IMG/VR virus record: IMGVR_UViG_3300031992_000016
Span: 96,001-160,000 of that record
Origin: a virus
Taxonomy: Duplodnaviria; Caudoviricetes
Reading direction: 5' to 3' (one strand)
Length of the DNA: 64,000 nt
Shown: piece after piece, positions 38,983 through 53,273 of the stretch
How the letters are laid out: the number at the start of each line of letters is the position of its first letter
How positions within the stretch are numbered: position 1 is the stretch's first letter
The notes under the pieces: generated by a model
Database searches by the model: none
The model's input: the letters and a program-made list of their open reading frames with translations, nothing else
Told to the model about the DNA's origin: nothing
Translations under genes and position numbers: made by a program

Positions 38983-41900
38983 TTATCTATAATTATTAAT
39001 ATATTGTGACGCACGATTATTAAGTTCATCAAACGCCGCAATAATTTCGTTTCTATCAGTTGCATTCGGGAACTCAGCGGAAATATGAACATTCTATTCT
39101 AGCCCGCCTAGACCAGAGAAAATGCTAGCACCATTGGCTGAAACTCCACTACTTGACATAGCGGCAGCCAAACCACCAATAAATCCTAACAAATTTTGAA
39201 CAGCAGATGTATCAATAGAATGTAACAGATCAATCGTATTTAGCAAATTAGGCGTGTCTGCCGCATTAAGCATAAGCTCTGGTTTATTTGGTGTGCCATC
39301 AACCCAAGCAGGTCCAGTATAATCAACCAAACCGCCAGAAGCATACCCACTTAATTTTGAATTATATCTCATTGCAGCAGCCTTTGCCGCTTCAATTTTT
39401 GATTGCCAATCACTTGAAACCTTTTTACTTTTAGTAGATGATACTGTTGTACCGTTAGAACTAGCAACCGTACCATCAGTATAACCAACCATATTATTTT
39501 GTACTGGTACTAAACGATATTGAATAAAACCAGTAGCATTAGGTGTTGCAATGTCTCCTTCGGTACCACCAATCTGCCATAATAATTCTAAATTTTTTGT
39601 ATTTGCTGCTTCAATAGTAGCAAAAATATCTGAAATAACTTGTTTTTGTCTATACCAAGCATCAGTCACTGCATCAACTTTAGCCGCTTCATCGCCCAAT
39701 TCCTCATTTAAAAGACTGACTTGCGATGCAGCTAATGATGTAGTAGAACCAATGATTTCATCAAAATTGGTCATGTCTGCTAACCCAGTACGATAAAGAG
39801 ATGTATCTAAAGCATCACTGAATTCTTTTAATTTAGGTAATAACCAATCAATCTATTCTGCTAAACTCATTGCCATACTATCTTGTAATTCAATAGCAGC
39901 TTGAATAGTAGGATTGATACCTTCTGTTGGGTCTTTAAAAGCACTATAATAAGCATCGCTATATGCATCCATACAAGCTTCATTATTAGTGGTTAAATTA
40001 GCATATGCTTCTTTCATTTGATCGACAAAATATTTATCGTCTTGTTGAGCCATTTCATGTAATTCACGTAATTTTGCTGCTTTTTCTTCTTCATTCAATA
40101 AATCATCAAGAGCAATAGCTTTCGCCTATTCCACATACCATTTGCGCTTTTCTAACATTTGTTCTTCTAATTCCCGCACTCTGTCTAATGATAATTCATT
40201 AATTTCAATTAATACATCATTATATTCCTGCGTTGCTTCATCAACTTTTTCTTGGTCTGCAGTATATTGATACATATAATTACCATTTTCATCTCTTGTT
40301 AATCGTACAGTATCTTTTGCGTTCTATGCATCACGTAACGCTGTCTGTTTTTCTAATAGTTCATACTATTTTTGCATCATATCAACATCATATTGAGTTA
40401 ATTGACCACTTTTAGCTTTTTGATTAATAACATTCTATAGCTCTTCATATTGATTCTTTAAAGCCTTATCCATAGTATCTGCCATCGCTTGTTCAATTTG
40501 TCTATTTAATTTATTAATATTATATAACTAATGAGCTGTATTTAAATATCTATCTTGTACTTCAATGTCACGATCATATTTACCTTGTAAGTAATCTAAT
40601 GTCGTTTCTCCCATCGCCAATGCTCTATCTAATTCAGTGCCCATTTCTTCAACATCGGCTTCCCAACGTTGTCTAGCTAAATCCGCCATACTTGTTAAAT
40701 TTTCATAATAAGTATTTTGTGTATCTTTTAAGCGAGCTAATAAACTATAATAATCTGCCTATTGCTGTGCGTCTAAATTTTCTAGACCATCAGCTTCAAT
40801 AATTTTTTGATCAAATAATTCTTTTTGAGCTAAAACAGTTTCATATACATCTTTATAAATATTTGCCAATGCCTAAGTTTGATTATATTGTTCTGTCAAA
40901 TTTGCTCTTGTTGTTGTAAATGTTTTATGAACTCCTATTAAATCACTAATATCTTTAATAGTCTATAAAGCAGTAATATTCTTATCTAATAAATCAGTAT
41001 TTCTTGATAATTCGTCATCGTATTTAGACCACATATCTTCAAATAATTCCTATATTTCTTGACCTTTATCAAAGATGTCTGACATATCATCATTTAAAGC
41101 TTCCATAATATCCTATGAATGTTCTGCCATAGTTGCACCATCAATTTCGCCTGCTTTAAATGCTTGCTATAATTCATTTAATTTAGTCATTTCTTCATTA
41201 AGTTTAATAAAACTCGCACCATCTAAATTTACTCCATCACTACCAAATAGTGCCTCTGCTATTAAACTTGCTCTTGTGCTAAGATTAGTTAATATATCTT
41301 CGGTACGATCAAGTTGCCCTTCTAATGCATTTAATTCTAAATCTGCTAATTCAATTTTCCATTCGTGCGCAGTTTCTACGGTTTCAGCAGTTTTTTCAGA
41401 AATTTCATGTTGCTATTCAAGAATTTTTTCTTGATATTCTTCTATTTGAGCTAATGAATCTTCATAATCTTCAATGACTTTCAACATACGTTGATAGGCA
41501 TCATCAGGTCCTTCCATCCCGCTTTCTGCTTCATCATCTTTATGTTCATTATACCAATCTATTAATTTTTCCTAAAGAGCTTCCCAATTTTTAATAGTTC
41601 CATCTTCATCAAAATCAAGAGTAATACCAAGCTATGCTGCTAAGCCTTCAACATTTGATCTATCTTTGCTAGCATATGCCGCAGCTTCATTTAATCGTTC
41701 TTGATAATTGTCCATTTGTTTATTTAATTTTTCAATTTCTTCACGCATCAATTTAACTTTAGTTACACCAAATGCCATTTCTTCTTTTTTAGCGACCTAG
41801 CCTAATTTGGAATCATATCGTTTAATTGTTTCATCAACTTCATGGTAGCGTTTAAGATCGGCTTTGGATTTACCTTTCTTCTTCTTTTTGCCTCCACCGC

Positions 41901-44900
41901 CGCCGCCTCCGCCGCCACCACCAGGTGCAGAAGGTGCTCCGGCGCCAGGTCTTGCTCCAGTAGTACCAAAATCTGGTACGGCAAGACTAGTTGTACCTGA
42001 ACCTTGTAATTGACCTTCAGCAGTAGCAGTCATAGAGCCGCCACCTGGCATAGTAACTGTCATTGTTGAAGATGCAGGTACATCAATTTCGTTTTCTCCT
42101 GTAACTGTCTTTAAACTAGGAGGAGGAGGAGCTTGTACAGTATATGTGATTGTGCCATCTTGATTTAATACTGCGGTTATAGCATCTGCATTTTGAATTA
42201 AGTATTCTACAGGTATCTATACAGCCTAGCCTGTTTGTTCGCTTAAAGTTGCACTTAACTAATCTGCTAAACCTTGCATATCAGTTCCCATCATTGCCGC
42301 AGCGCCTTGGGCATTTGTTGCTACATACTAAAAACCATCACCAACTTGCTAAACTGCAAGTCCCATATCATTTAATACTTCATTTGCTTCATCTAAGTTA
42401 TCAAACTAACTAACAAATTCTTCAGCAGTTTGTTGAGTTTTTTCTCCCCACTTTGAAGCTAGACCCATTGTATCCATTAACTATCGCATTTGTTTATTGG
42501 TTAAGTTTAAATCTTTTTGCAATTGTCGTAATGCTTTGCTATCTTCTTTTCCAAGTTTTTCACCAAATTTTAACCCGTTACCAATTTTGTTAAATTCTGC
42601 TAACTGTTCTGTACAATCTTCTATAGATTGACCTGTTTCTTGGAACATCTCATCTAATTGTTTAGTTAAAATTTTTGCTTCTAACTATTCCATTGCTTCA
42701 ACAGAACCATTAGCCCATTGTGAAATTAAATCTTTATTGTCTTTGATAAAATCCATGCCAACTTCTGCATCTTTAAAGAAATTATTAACTATATCTACTA
42801 AATCTTGATAAGCTGCCATTTGTTCTTTAATAGATTTTGTTTGATCATCAATAGTAGCTAAAGACCCATTTTCTTCTCTAGCTTTTTGTAATGCATCTAA
42901 TGCTTCTGTCGCTTTATTATATTCAACAGCTGCTTCAGACATTAATAACTTGTCATCAGCTTCTAAATCTTGCCATTCAAGCATTACTCCTTCATAAGCT
43001 GCAATACTTTCAACATAATTTTCCATTTCTTGTGCTTCAATACCAAGCTATTGCGCATAATTAGATAATAAATCTGTTAATGCTTGTACATCACCATGTA
43101 ATGCCGCAGTCACTTTGTCTCCTGCAAATGCTTCATTAGCTAAATCTGTACCCAATTCTACTTCATCAGTATTAAATAAAATTGGATGTTCTAATAGATA
43201 TTGATCTACAGCTTCTTGTTGTGCTTGCTGAATTGCAGCAGCTCTTTTATTCATATATGCAAGTTCACTTTTTGTAACTGCATTACCATTATCATCTAAA
43301 AGTAATAAATCAGGTTTATTCGGGTTACTTATTGGTTTAGGATTAGTTTTATCAAATTCTGCACCTGCTTGTCTTGCTGCATCTGCTTGTATTCTTGCGA
43401 TTTGGTCCATCTAGGCCTAATTTACTGCAGTATAACCCTTTTCCTAAAATTGCTTTAATTCCTCTGCGCTATTAGCGTAATCCTAGTTTTTAACAGTAAC
43501 TTTTCCAGTCTTTTGATCAATTTCAAAACTACTTGCAGTACCATCTTGTAACATTTTCATTGCTGCCATAATCTGTGCCGCTGCAGCAGCCATAGCGGCG
43601 GCTAACTGCATGGTTGCACTTTCCAATTGCACTAAACCGATAGAAGCAACTGTGGCATCTTCACCAACAATTCCCATGTCCTATAAAGTTTTTAGTACCG
43701 CTGCCTAATCTGCTTCTGACATACCTGCGAGAGTGCCTTTTTCAATCATTTGCTATTGAGCAGTCTATAATAATGTCATTTTTTGCTATTGACTATCTAT
43801 ATATTGCTCACCTTCTTGTCGAGCTTTGTCAGCCATATTAGTTCGTTTGGTTTCTACTTCTGTAAATGCTGCCGCTAAGATTTCAGCCAATTCAGAATCA
43901 GAATGTACATACATTGAGTCTTTTATCAAAGATAATACCGCCTCGAAATCCTCTTGTTTAAGTGTATAACCTTGCGCAGCTTCACTAACATGATAATTAC
44001 CAGTCTAATCTGCAAAAACAAGACCATGACGTTCTAATCCTGCCAAAATTGCTATACTATTTGCGTCTCCGGCTTTAGCTTTATCATTATATTCCCCAAT
44101 TAATTTAGGATTTAATGATTTTCCAATAACATCACGCAATTCACCGGCTAAATATTTATCTACATATTTTCTAACATTTTCATTATATTGATCTTTTGTA
44201 GTATCTAAATATTCACCATTTTCACTATTTAAAAATCTTTGTCGCCCTGATTTATTATAAGTATCAAAATCAAATGGTCTATAATCAACTCTTGCATCAG
44301 GATTGTTTATATGTTCTTTAATTTCTTGTAATGTTTTACCTGCTTCTAATAATGTTTGCACATATGCTGCTAATTCATCAGGACTACCGAACATTGATTC
44401 TAAGATACTTTTTCCTTCTGCTAATCCTGCTCTCATATCAGCAATTGCTTGGAATGTTTGCTCCCATAATTCTAGTACTGCTTGTGCAGTAGCTTGTTCC
44501 TAAGCATATATCGCCTGTAAACCACTTGCCCATACATCTTTAATAGTATTCCATGCTTCTTCAACGGCAAATTCAATTTCCGTTCCGCTATGATTTAAAG
44601 CTTGTTGTACGGCAGCTATAAATTCTTCGTTATGATTATTAATTGCATCTGCTAAATCTGTTGCTCCAACTGTAGCAATTGCAGAATTAACTGCAGCGTC
44701 TATATAAGATTTTTGAGCATCAGACAATTTATCACTTTGAGCATATTCTTTATTACGATAATAATCTTTTTCACGTTCAGCAATTGCTTTTTGCATTTCT
44801 TCATTGAAGTTCTCATTCATTTTTACCAAAGCATCAGCCCGAGCTTGTGCAATATCTTTTGGACGTTTAGAATCTTTTTCTGCCTACGCTTTTAATGCTT

Positions 44901-47900
44901 TTAAAGCTGATTGATATTCATGTTCAAATTCTGCTGTCCATTCTCTTCCAGGCATTTCTTGTGAAACCAATTGTTTTGCTTTTTGTTGCAATTTTTGTTC
45001 TTCATCTTTCCATTTAGCTTCTGCATCATCTTGAACTTTTTGTTCATAAGCCTTCCAAATTTCCTAATCAGTTAATTTATCTTTATTATCTGGATTGGCA
45101 ATATAATTATCTCTAAAAGCTGCGTAATCATATAATGTACTATACTTTTGATGATCCGCATCAGTACCACCTAACAAGCTATCTAAAACATCTGTAATAG
45201 ATGTATCTTCAGAAATTTTTCCAATAGCATTTTGAATTTCATCTAAAATACTTCGTGCAATTTTATCTCCTAAACCATCAACATTTGGCTCCCAACCAGC
45301 AATAGACTATGACAAACCAACTTGTAGACCTTGGATTAAGAATGGAGCCAAAGCCATAGTTAGTTTTGATGGTGATGCAATACCAAGAGCATGAGCAAAT
45401 GCTGCAATAATTTCATTACCAATTGGCGCAAAATACGCTGCCCAATCTACATCTGTATTTTGTAATCCAACAATTAAGCCATCCATTAAATGCATAGCTA
45501 ATGACGCCGTTGCGGAATCAGAAGATTGAGATGCTTCATCTAATGCTCTAAAATAATTATTTAAAACATCAGGTGCCAAATCTTTAAAATCATCTGGAGA
45601 CATGGCTAAAATTTTATTATACATAAGTTGAGCCTTATATTTTTGTTCATTTGACCAAGTATTATGGCTACCTTCAGCATTAAATTCGAACATAGCACTT
45701 TGTATATCTTGTATACTCTATAAATTATTATGTCGCTATCTAAAGTTTGTCACATGCTATTTTTCATTATTAGCAATAAATGGTATATCAATTCCACCTA
45801 AATAAGAATACATTTTATCAAGATCTTCTGCGCCCTTTTGCTATAAATTGCTTTTATCCATCAAAGCTTTAACTTTAACAAAATATTCTTGTCCTTGTAA
45901 CTGTTGTTGAATAGTGTTATTTCCAAGACTCGCATCAGCTTTAACATGATATTCATTTGGTTTATCTTCTGCTCCATCAATTGCTCCCTATAATTCTGCA
46001 GCTAAAGTTACTTCTGTACCATTTGCTAATCTTACTTTAATTTCTTTGCCTTTTCCATCTGCTCCTTGTAATATTTGAGAAATTTGCGATTCAATAATAC
46101 CAACATCTGTTTGAATTTTTAGTTTTCGTGGTTGACCATTTTCATCTGTTTCCATTTCCCATGCGCTTATTTTAGATGCTAAATTAAATTCTTCGCCTTT
46201 ATCATCAACGCAATTAATTTTAATATTATGACCAGTTGCATCAGTTTCATAACTTTTAATCGTTGCCGCAAAATCTTCGTCATCTTTTCGAATTAAAATA
46301 GTTTTAGTGCCTGGAAGCATTAAAGCTGCGACCGTTACCGTAAAACCTAATGTATTACCTGCATTAATTGCAATTTTCTTTTCCTCTGGAACACTATCTA
46401 ATAAAGTAGTATAAGTTACTTCAAAAGTGCCATTTTCGCCATCAAACATAATAGTTTTATGGTCTGTAGTAATTGCTGTATTATATTTTGCAGTATAAGT
46501 ACCAAATTCACCTTGGAAAGTAATAGTTTTATCTTCTCCTGCAATTGCTGTATCATATGTTGCAGTATAGGTACCAAATTCACCTTGGAAAGTAATAGTT
46601 TTATTTTCTGTAGCGGTTGCTTCTTTAACTGCAAAAGTATAAGTGCCACCATCACCTAAAAACGTAATCGTTTTATTCTCATTCATTATAGCTTCTTTTA
46701 CTGTATCTGTATAAGTTCCAAATTCGCCCTAAAATATAATTGTTTTATTGTCATCTAAAGTTGCAGATGTATAAGCCGCCTAATAAGTTCCATCTTTAGC
46801 ATAAAAAACAATATTCTTTTCTCCATCAATCTGTACAGCTTCTAATGAAGAAGTATATTCACTACCTGTTTCACCAACAAATGTAATTATTTTTGAACCA
46901 GGATGACTTTCAATAGCAGCAATTGTATCACTGTATTCTTTATCATCAACAGAAAAAGTTACTTGTCCATCAGGATGTAAATTAAAATTCTCAACTGCCT
47001 AAACTACTTCTTTACCATCAACGGTATAATAAACTTGACCATCTTGATAAAGCCAAGTCTAAATTTCATCTTCATTTTCCATCTCGGCTTCAACTTCAAT
47101 TACACTATGGTCAACTGGAGTTGTATCTAATTCTGTTACTAATCCAACATATTCTTGTTGCCGTTTTTCTAAAGTACTTAATTGCATTAATGCTGCTTCT
47201 GTTGCGGCTACCATGCCAGCCTTAATTTGCTCTTTATCTCCATCAGCATTTTGAATATCTTCAATAATTTCTTTAACTCTTTCAGCTGCAACACCAGCTC
47301 TAATTAAAGATTGTTCTAATTCACCAATTGAAGAAAAAGATAAATTATCTAATGAAGTTAAATTTGATTGAATGAACTAAATCGCACTTTTAGCCGCGTT
47401 AATTTTTTCATCGTCCTAACTAGTTTGACTATCAACTCGAGACTATATTTGTTCCATACGCTAGTCATTTAATGCACGCTCTTGAGCTTCGATTTTTCTC
47501 TACTAAATTTGAACCTGAGTATCATCATATCCTTTTTCATCGCGCATGTTCTATAATTCTTCTAGCTTTTGTTTCATTTGTTCCAATCTATATGTTTCTC
47601 GTTCTAGATCAGACATTCCTAGCCATTCCTCAAATGAGGGAGTATCAGCCTTATTTAAGCCCAATAATAATTGATTCATTGCTAATTCAGTATCTTTCCA
47701 TTTTGTCGGGTCTAATTCTGCACCAGATAACCATTCTAACTATTGCGATTTACCAGACGCAGTTTCAATAAATTTAGTTGCAGTTTGTAACGCCGTAGTA
47801 ATATTAGTATATTCTGCTTCTTCATCACTTAAACTTGTTAATAATCCTCTAAAATCACTATTGTTATTTACTGTACCTTTATAAGATATACCCCAATCAT

Positions 47901-50900
47901 TCATATATGTACGTAAAATATCACTTGCAGAACCTGCAGTAGCATATTTGTCACCAAACATAGCAAGCATAGTATTACGTGTATCTTCGTTGTTTAATAA
48001 TTTTCCATTTTCATCTATGTTTTCTGATAAAAAACGCTAAAAAGTACGCTAATGCTCCCATTGCTATTTAGCCTAATCAACATCTTCTACACCCATTCGT
48101 TCTTGCATAAAAGCATTCTATGAATCTGTAATAATAGTATTTAAATCTACCATTCCATCTTCATATTGTTGCCACCAATTATCATAACCTGTGCTTATTT
48201 GCTCCATTAAAGTCGCCATTTGTGCGGCTTTTTCAGAAGAAGACATTTTATTCCATTCTTGAGTATTAAAAATTTCTCCTAATCCTAATAAATCACTTAC
48301 TATTGGTAGCTATGCCGCAAAACTATCTATATCAAATTCACCAGAATATCTATTACCCCATTGAGCCAATAAGCCTGTTGCAGTTTGTGCTTTTGCTTGT
48401 TGCTATAATAATTGAGGAACTCGTTTGTCCATTAAATCACCATTATTATCTAAAAATGGTGCTATATTAGCCATATAAGACCAATCTTTATCAGTAAAAC
48501 CCCACTGCTCTAATTTTTTCTACGCTTCTTCTTTTGTCATTTTTTTATTACGAGTTGTCATTGCAGTTACAGCAGATTCTTTATTAGCAACCGTTGCATC
48601 TGCCGCAGCTATATCACTTTCTGATACACCGACTAATCCTCTGGCATAAGTAGTTACTAATTGACTAGCTTGTTTTTTAGCTGCTCGAGTAATAGCATCA
48701 TTTTTATTACTATCTATGCCCCAGTCTGCTAATAAACCTTCAACTAAACTCTCCTATACATCAGAACTCCATCCTTCAACATTTTGTTGTTTTAGCCAAT
48801 CCTAGCCTTTTAATTCTCTCATACTCTTAATAGCATTAAGATATGGAGAAATCATTTCAGTGATCATGTAATCAATATCTTCAAATGATTGATCATGTAC
48901 TAAAGCTTCTAACTATGATTTCATTCCAGGGTCTTCAATAGTTTTTGCTGCTTCTTTAATTGCTTGTAGCTAATTATAATAATGTAACAATGAATCTAAA
49001 TCAGATTCAATAACTAAGTCATCGGCAGTTCGTGCCATCCCTGTTCCACCCGCGCGCGCACTACCGCCTAAGAATGATTGAATCAAATTATTTTCTTGAT
49101 CGCCTGTTGCATTACCACTAAGCCAATAATCATATTTTCGACTACCAGCATAATCAATATTAATACCATATTGATTAGCTAACATATCTCTTATATTTGC
49201 ATTCTATAAACTTTTTAATAAACCAGATTGTTTCATATTAGTATTAAATGAACTTAATATGTCATTATAAACAACTCCGGTTTTATTCCCTTCATTATTA
49301 TCTCTATATTTGTCTCCCATATTTTCTTTTGCTATTTTAGTAACCTAATTTTCTAAACCATGTTCTGCGCGTCTAACATCAGATTCTGCAGTTTCAATTT
49401 GTTGTTCACGTGCAGCCTCAATAGATTCTTGAATAGCTGCAGTTAATCCTTGATAATTACCAGTAAGTGCCATAACTGCAGCACCCTAAATGCCTAAACT
49501 AGATGCGATATCAGCTAAAGCACTACTATATTCTTGAACAGATAATGCACCTTCTGCAAACTATTTGTTTAATGAGTCAAAAGCATTACTATTAGTCATT
49601 AATTCTTGATTTGATTGTTGATGTTCTTCTAAAATTTTATTTGTAGTTTCTGCCATTTTAACCATTTCTTGTTCACGTTTTTCTTGCTAATCTTTCATAT
49701 ACGTAAATACACCAGCAATTGCCATACCAGCCGCTTGAATGCCTGCCATCAATGGTCCTTGTGTTGCAAATGTATTAAGTAATGAACCACCTGCACTAAC
49801 AATAGAAGTTACACCTGCTAATGTATCACCACTTTCAAATGACTTCATAATACCTTGCATAGAAGTAAAACCTTGAACTGCAGCCATGGCTCCTTCTGCA
49901 ACTGTTGCCAAACCCTTAGACAATTTTTGAGCTGCAGCTTCACGAGCATTCAATGCTTGCTCTTCTTCATCTTCCATATCAAAGCCTGCAGTAATCTCTT
50001 CTTGGCCTACCTAACGACCATATTCCTAAGCTCTATGAGCAGAATCTTCACCAACAATGCTACGCATTTCCTGATAAGCTTCATCTAAGTCATCATCAAT
50101 TTGATCACGTAAATGCTCTGCAATAACTCTTCCACGATCAGCTTTAGTAGCTTGATTTTGTTCATTAAAACCAGCACTTTCAAGCCAATCATTCATTTCA
50201 TTTTCGTCTTGCGGTAAAAAATCACGTACTGCTTGAGCCATTGGATTATTCTCATCCATCATAACAGACTCAAAACGCTCTGCAGCCGCTGTACTATCTG
50301 TGTCCTCATTAAAAATTTGATCTATCTATTGATTTACTGCACCACGTAAAGCATTTCCTCTAGCTTCTTCTTGTACTCTATTACCTAATCCACGTATCGC
50401 TGTATTTTGTACATTCTTATCATCTGATTTAAAATCTGCTACCATGTCATCAAGATCACTACCACTATAACCCTGATCAGCATAATAATTTAAAGCATTA
50501 ATATAAGCATCATCACGTAATTTATCAGCAGTACCTGTACCTTCTAATTCAACTAAAGAACCAATTGATAATTCTCTACGAGCTTCATCTGTAATATTGG
50601 CTAAATTAGTTTCATGACCTGCCATGGTTTGCTAACGCTAATTTAAATAATCAATATGCTATTGTAAACGCGCAGCTTCTTGTCCACTCATATGCCCTTG
50701 TCGTAATAATAATTCTTGTTTAGCTATCGCACTTTCACTTCTTGCGTCTGCACTTAATAAACGCATTGTATTTGCAGTATTTGCACTTGTATCTGGTGTT
50801 AATTCACTTTCTCGTCTATCTAAAGCGCTATTATATTCCATATCTGCCGATCTACGTAAAGTTGTTAGATTATCAAATAAATTTCGCTATTGAGTGCCTT

Positions 50901-52641
50901 GTGCAAATTTTTGAGCACCATACTAAGAAATTGCTTGCATCCTTCCGCCATAATTATTTGAATTATTTTGCATATAAGCATTAAATTTTCTATAAGTAGG
51001 AATACCACCAATTGGATGCCCTTCTGAGCCTTTTGCTGCTTTCATGTTGCCCCATGCAGTCCGCAACGTACCACCTTTGCCAAAGAAATTTCCAAATGCC
51101 ATGCTAATACCTGTTAATTTATCTAACATCTATGGTTTAAATGCAGTCATCATCATCTAAGAAATTTTTGCTAATATACCAGGGATACCTCCAAGACCAT
51201 TAACTAAACCTCTAACTGCAGATAACGCTGTTGCCAATGCATTATTAAATCCAACAAGGAATTTATCATTAATTAAATCACCGAAAATAGCTTCTTTACT
51301 TGCTTGTACTCTTTGTTTAGATGCTTTAACAGAATCTTCATAAATTTTCTGCATTTTTTCTAAGCTGCCAGCTGAATTTTGAGCATTTTGCAAATCTTTT
51401 TGATACGTATCCCAGTTTTCAAATAATGCCATTAATTGCGTATATTGACGTTTACCAGCAACAACCTGCGCGATAGCAGTTTTTTGCGCACTGCCCATGG
51501 TCTACCATTTATTACCAAGATCAGTAATAACATCGCCCATATCACGCATATTACCAGTAGCATCTAAAACCTATACACCAATAGAATTTAATGAGCTTGA
51601 AACTTTACCTAAATTAACACCGTCTTCTAATGTTTCACCTAATTTTAAGTCACCCATACGTGCTAAAATAGTTTTAAAAGATGTACCAATTGATTCAGCA
51701 CTTTCACGAGTAACAGAAGATACAGTTGCAACAATAGAAGACATTTGTTCCATACCGACACCAACAGTACTAGCAGTCGCGGCAACTTTCTATAAAGCTG
51801 TTGCAATTTCTTCCATGCTAGTAGCAGTAGTAGAACCTAATTTTGCCATTACATCTACATAACCTTCAAGCTAATCACCGCCTGCTTTATAAGAATTCCA
51901 AACGGCGGTTAGCATTTCTGACATTTCCGCAGCATTAGCTTTGAATGCAGTATTTGCAGCCTTTAAAGTAATTTGTGCTTTCTTTTGTACATCTCTATCA
52001 TTATCACCCTATTGATAATAAATTAATGCTGCATCAGCATATGCTTTTGTTGATGTACTTAAACTTTTTGCCATTACATTTGCTTCTTTTGCAAAATTGC
52101 TCATATCAGAAATAGATTTGCCAGTAACAACACGAATATTATTTAATGAAGTATTTAAATTTTCAATATAGCTAACTGCTCCACTCATAGCAGACTATAA
52201 GCCATGAACCATTTGACTAGCTGCTTGCCATTTCACAGTATTCATTAAAGTTGTGCCAAACTATGCAATAAGACCAGTCGCTTTTTGCGCGGGAATAGTT
52301 GCCTAAGTTAGAACAGAAGACAACTATGAAATTGCCTATTGTCCAGTTGTACCGGCGCGCTAGAAACTGGCAATTAACGTTTGAACATTTGTATTAGCAC
52401 TCGCCAAGCTATTACTTAATGCACTAAAATTAATTTGCCCAGTATTAACATTAACTGCCTATTGTAATGCCTACTATAATTTTGCTGCTTGCTACGCGGC
52501 ATCTGCCATATTTGTATCAATTTTTAAATTTAATCTACTGTTTTGCTGCAATCTTTGTAATGAAGAACTTAATTGTTCAACCTACCGCTATGCAGCACTG
52601 GCATCAGCCTAAATATTAATTTTATACTATACACCAGCCAC
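38983..52641 (-). CDS. Tail tape measure protein (TP901-type core), 4552 aa
   Basis: GTG start behind GAAAGGAG. About 19 track fragments from 51571 to 39094 all end in TAG in the same frame, TAA stop at 38983. TMP motifs LNNIRVVT, ATVSSVTRESAESIGTSFKTILARM, VAGKRQYTQLMAL, and C-terminal YASGGLVDYTGPAWVDG. Confidence 0.9.
46440..47040 (-). repeat. Degenerate tandem repeat of about 72 bp (24 aa) within the tape measure gene
   Basis: ACCAAATTCACCTTGGAAAGTAATAGTTTTAT occurs at 46501 and 46573. Protein unit xKTITFQGEFGTYT..., about 9 increasingly degenerate copies. Confidence 0.8.
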
Positions 52642-52671
52642 GTTGCAAACTCCTTTCTCTCTTTATATAAT

Positions 52672-52706
52672 AAAAAAATCGTCTAATATTATGTATTAGA
52701 CGATTT
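52672..52706 (-). terminator. Rho-independent terminator between the chaperone and tape measure genes
   Basis: Stem AAATCGTCTAATA / TATTAGACGATTT with a T7 tract on the minus strand. Confidence 0.75.
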
Positions 52707-52715
52707 CATTTTTTC

Positions 52716-53240
52716 TTAACCTATTTTATCTAAAATTTCTTTAACCGTAGTTAATTTTTCTGGGTCTTCAATTTTTTCAATTGTTTTATCAATATCATCT
52801 TTTGCAATCGCATAATCTGCATTAATCATATTAATCATACCAGCTAATGAATTATTATAAGAAACAATATTATTCGCACATTTCTAAGCAGCGTCCCATA
52901 ATAATTCATGTTCTCTTGTGGGAATTGCTTTAATTACACTATCATAAACATGATTAAGTTCTAATGCATCAAATACTTTACTAATATTTTCTAATTGCTT
53001 ATCAGTAATATTAATATTAGTATAATAACGAATTAATAAAACTTTAAACCAAATTTCTAATCGCATTGGGTTATAAGCACCAGTAGAATCAATAGTATAT
53101 GATAATAATTCACTAATCAACTGTGCTTTATCATCTACTGATAAATACTAAATTACATTAATTTCTGTATCTCCTATTTTTATAATCACAGGTTCAACTG
53201 ATTTAATGGGTGTTACTTTTGAAAAAGCAACTTTCGCCAT
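52716..53240 (-). CDS. Putative tail assembly chaperone, 174 aa
   Basis: ATG behind AAAGGAG, TAGs at 53148 and 52884, TAA stop at 52716. Helical protein immediately upstream of the tape measure gene; function is by position. Confidence 0.65.
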
Positions 53241-53273
53241 AATAACATCTCCTTTATCTCAATACTTATTTAT

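Noticed and set aside
41870-41950. Poly-Gly/poly-Lys stretch (GGGGGGGGGGGKKKKK) as a separate element
   Set aside because: It is an in-frame low-complexity linker of the tape measure protein, a common TMP feature.
46440-46800. 72-bp periodic repeat as a CRISPR array
   Set aside because: The period is a multiple of three, the copies are degenerate and in frame within the TMP, and there is no repeat/unique-spacer structure or cas gene.
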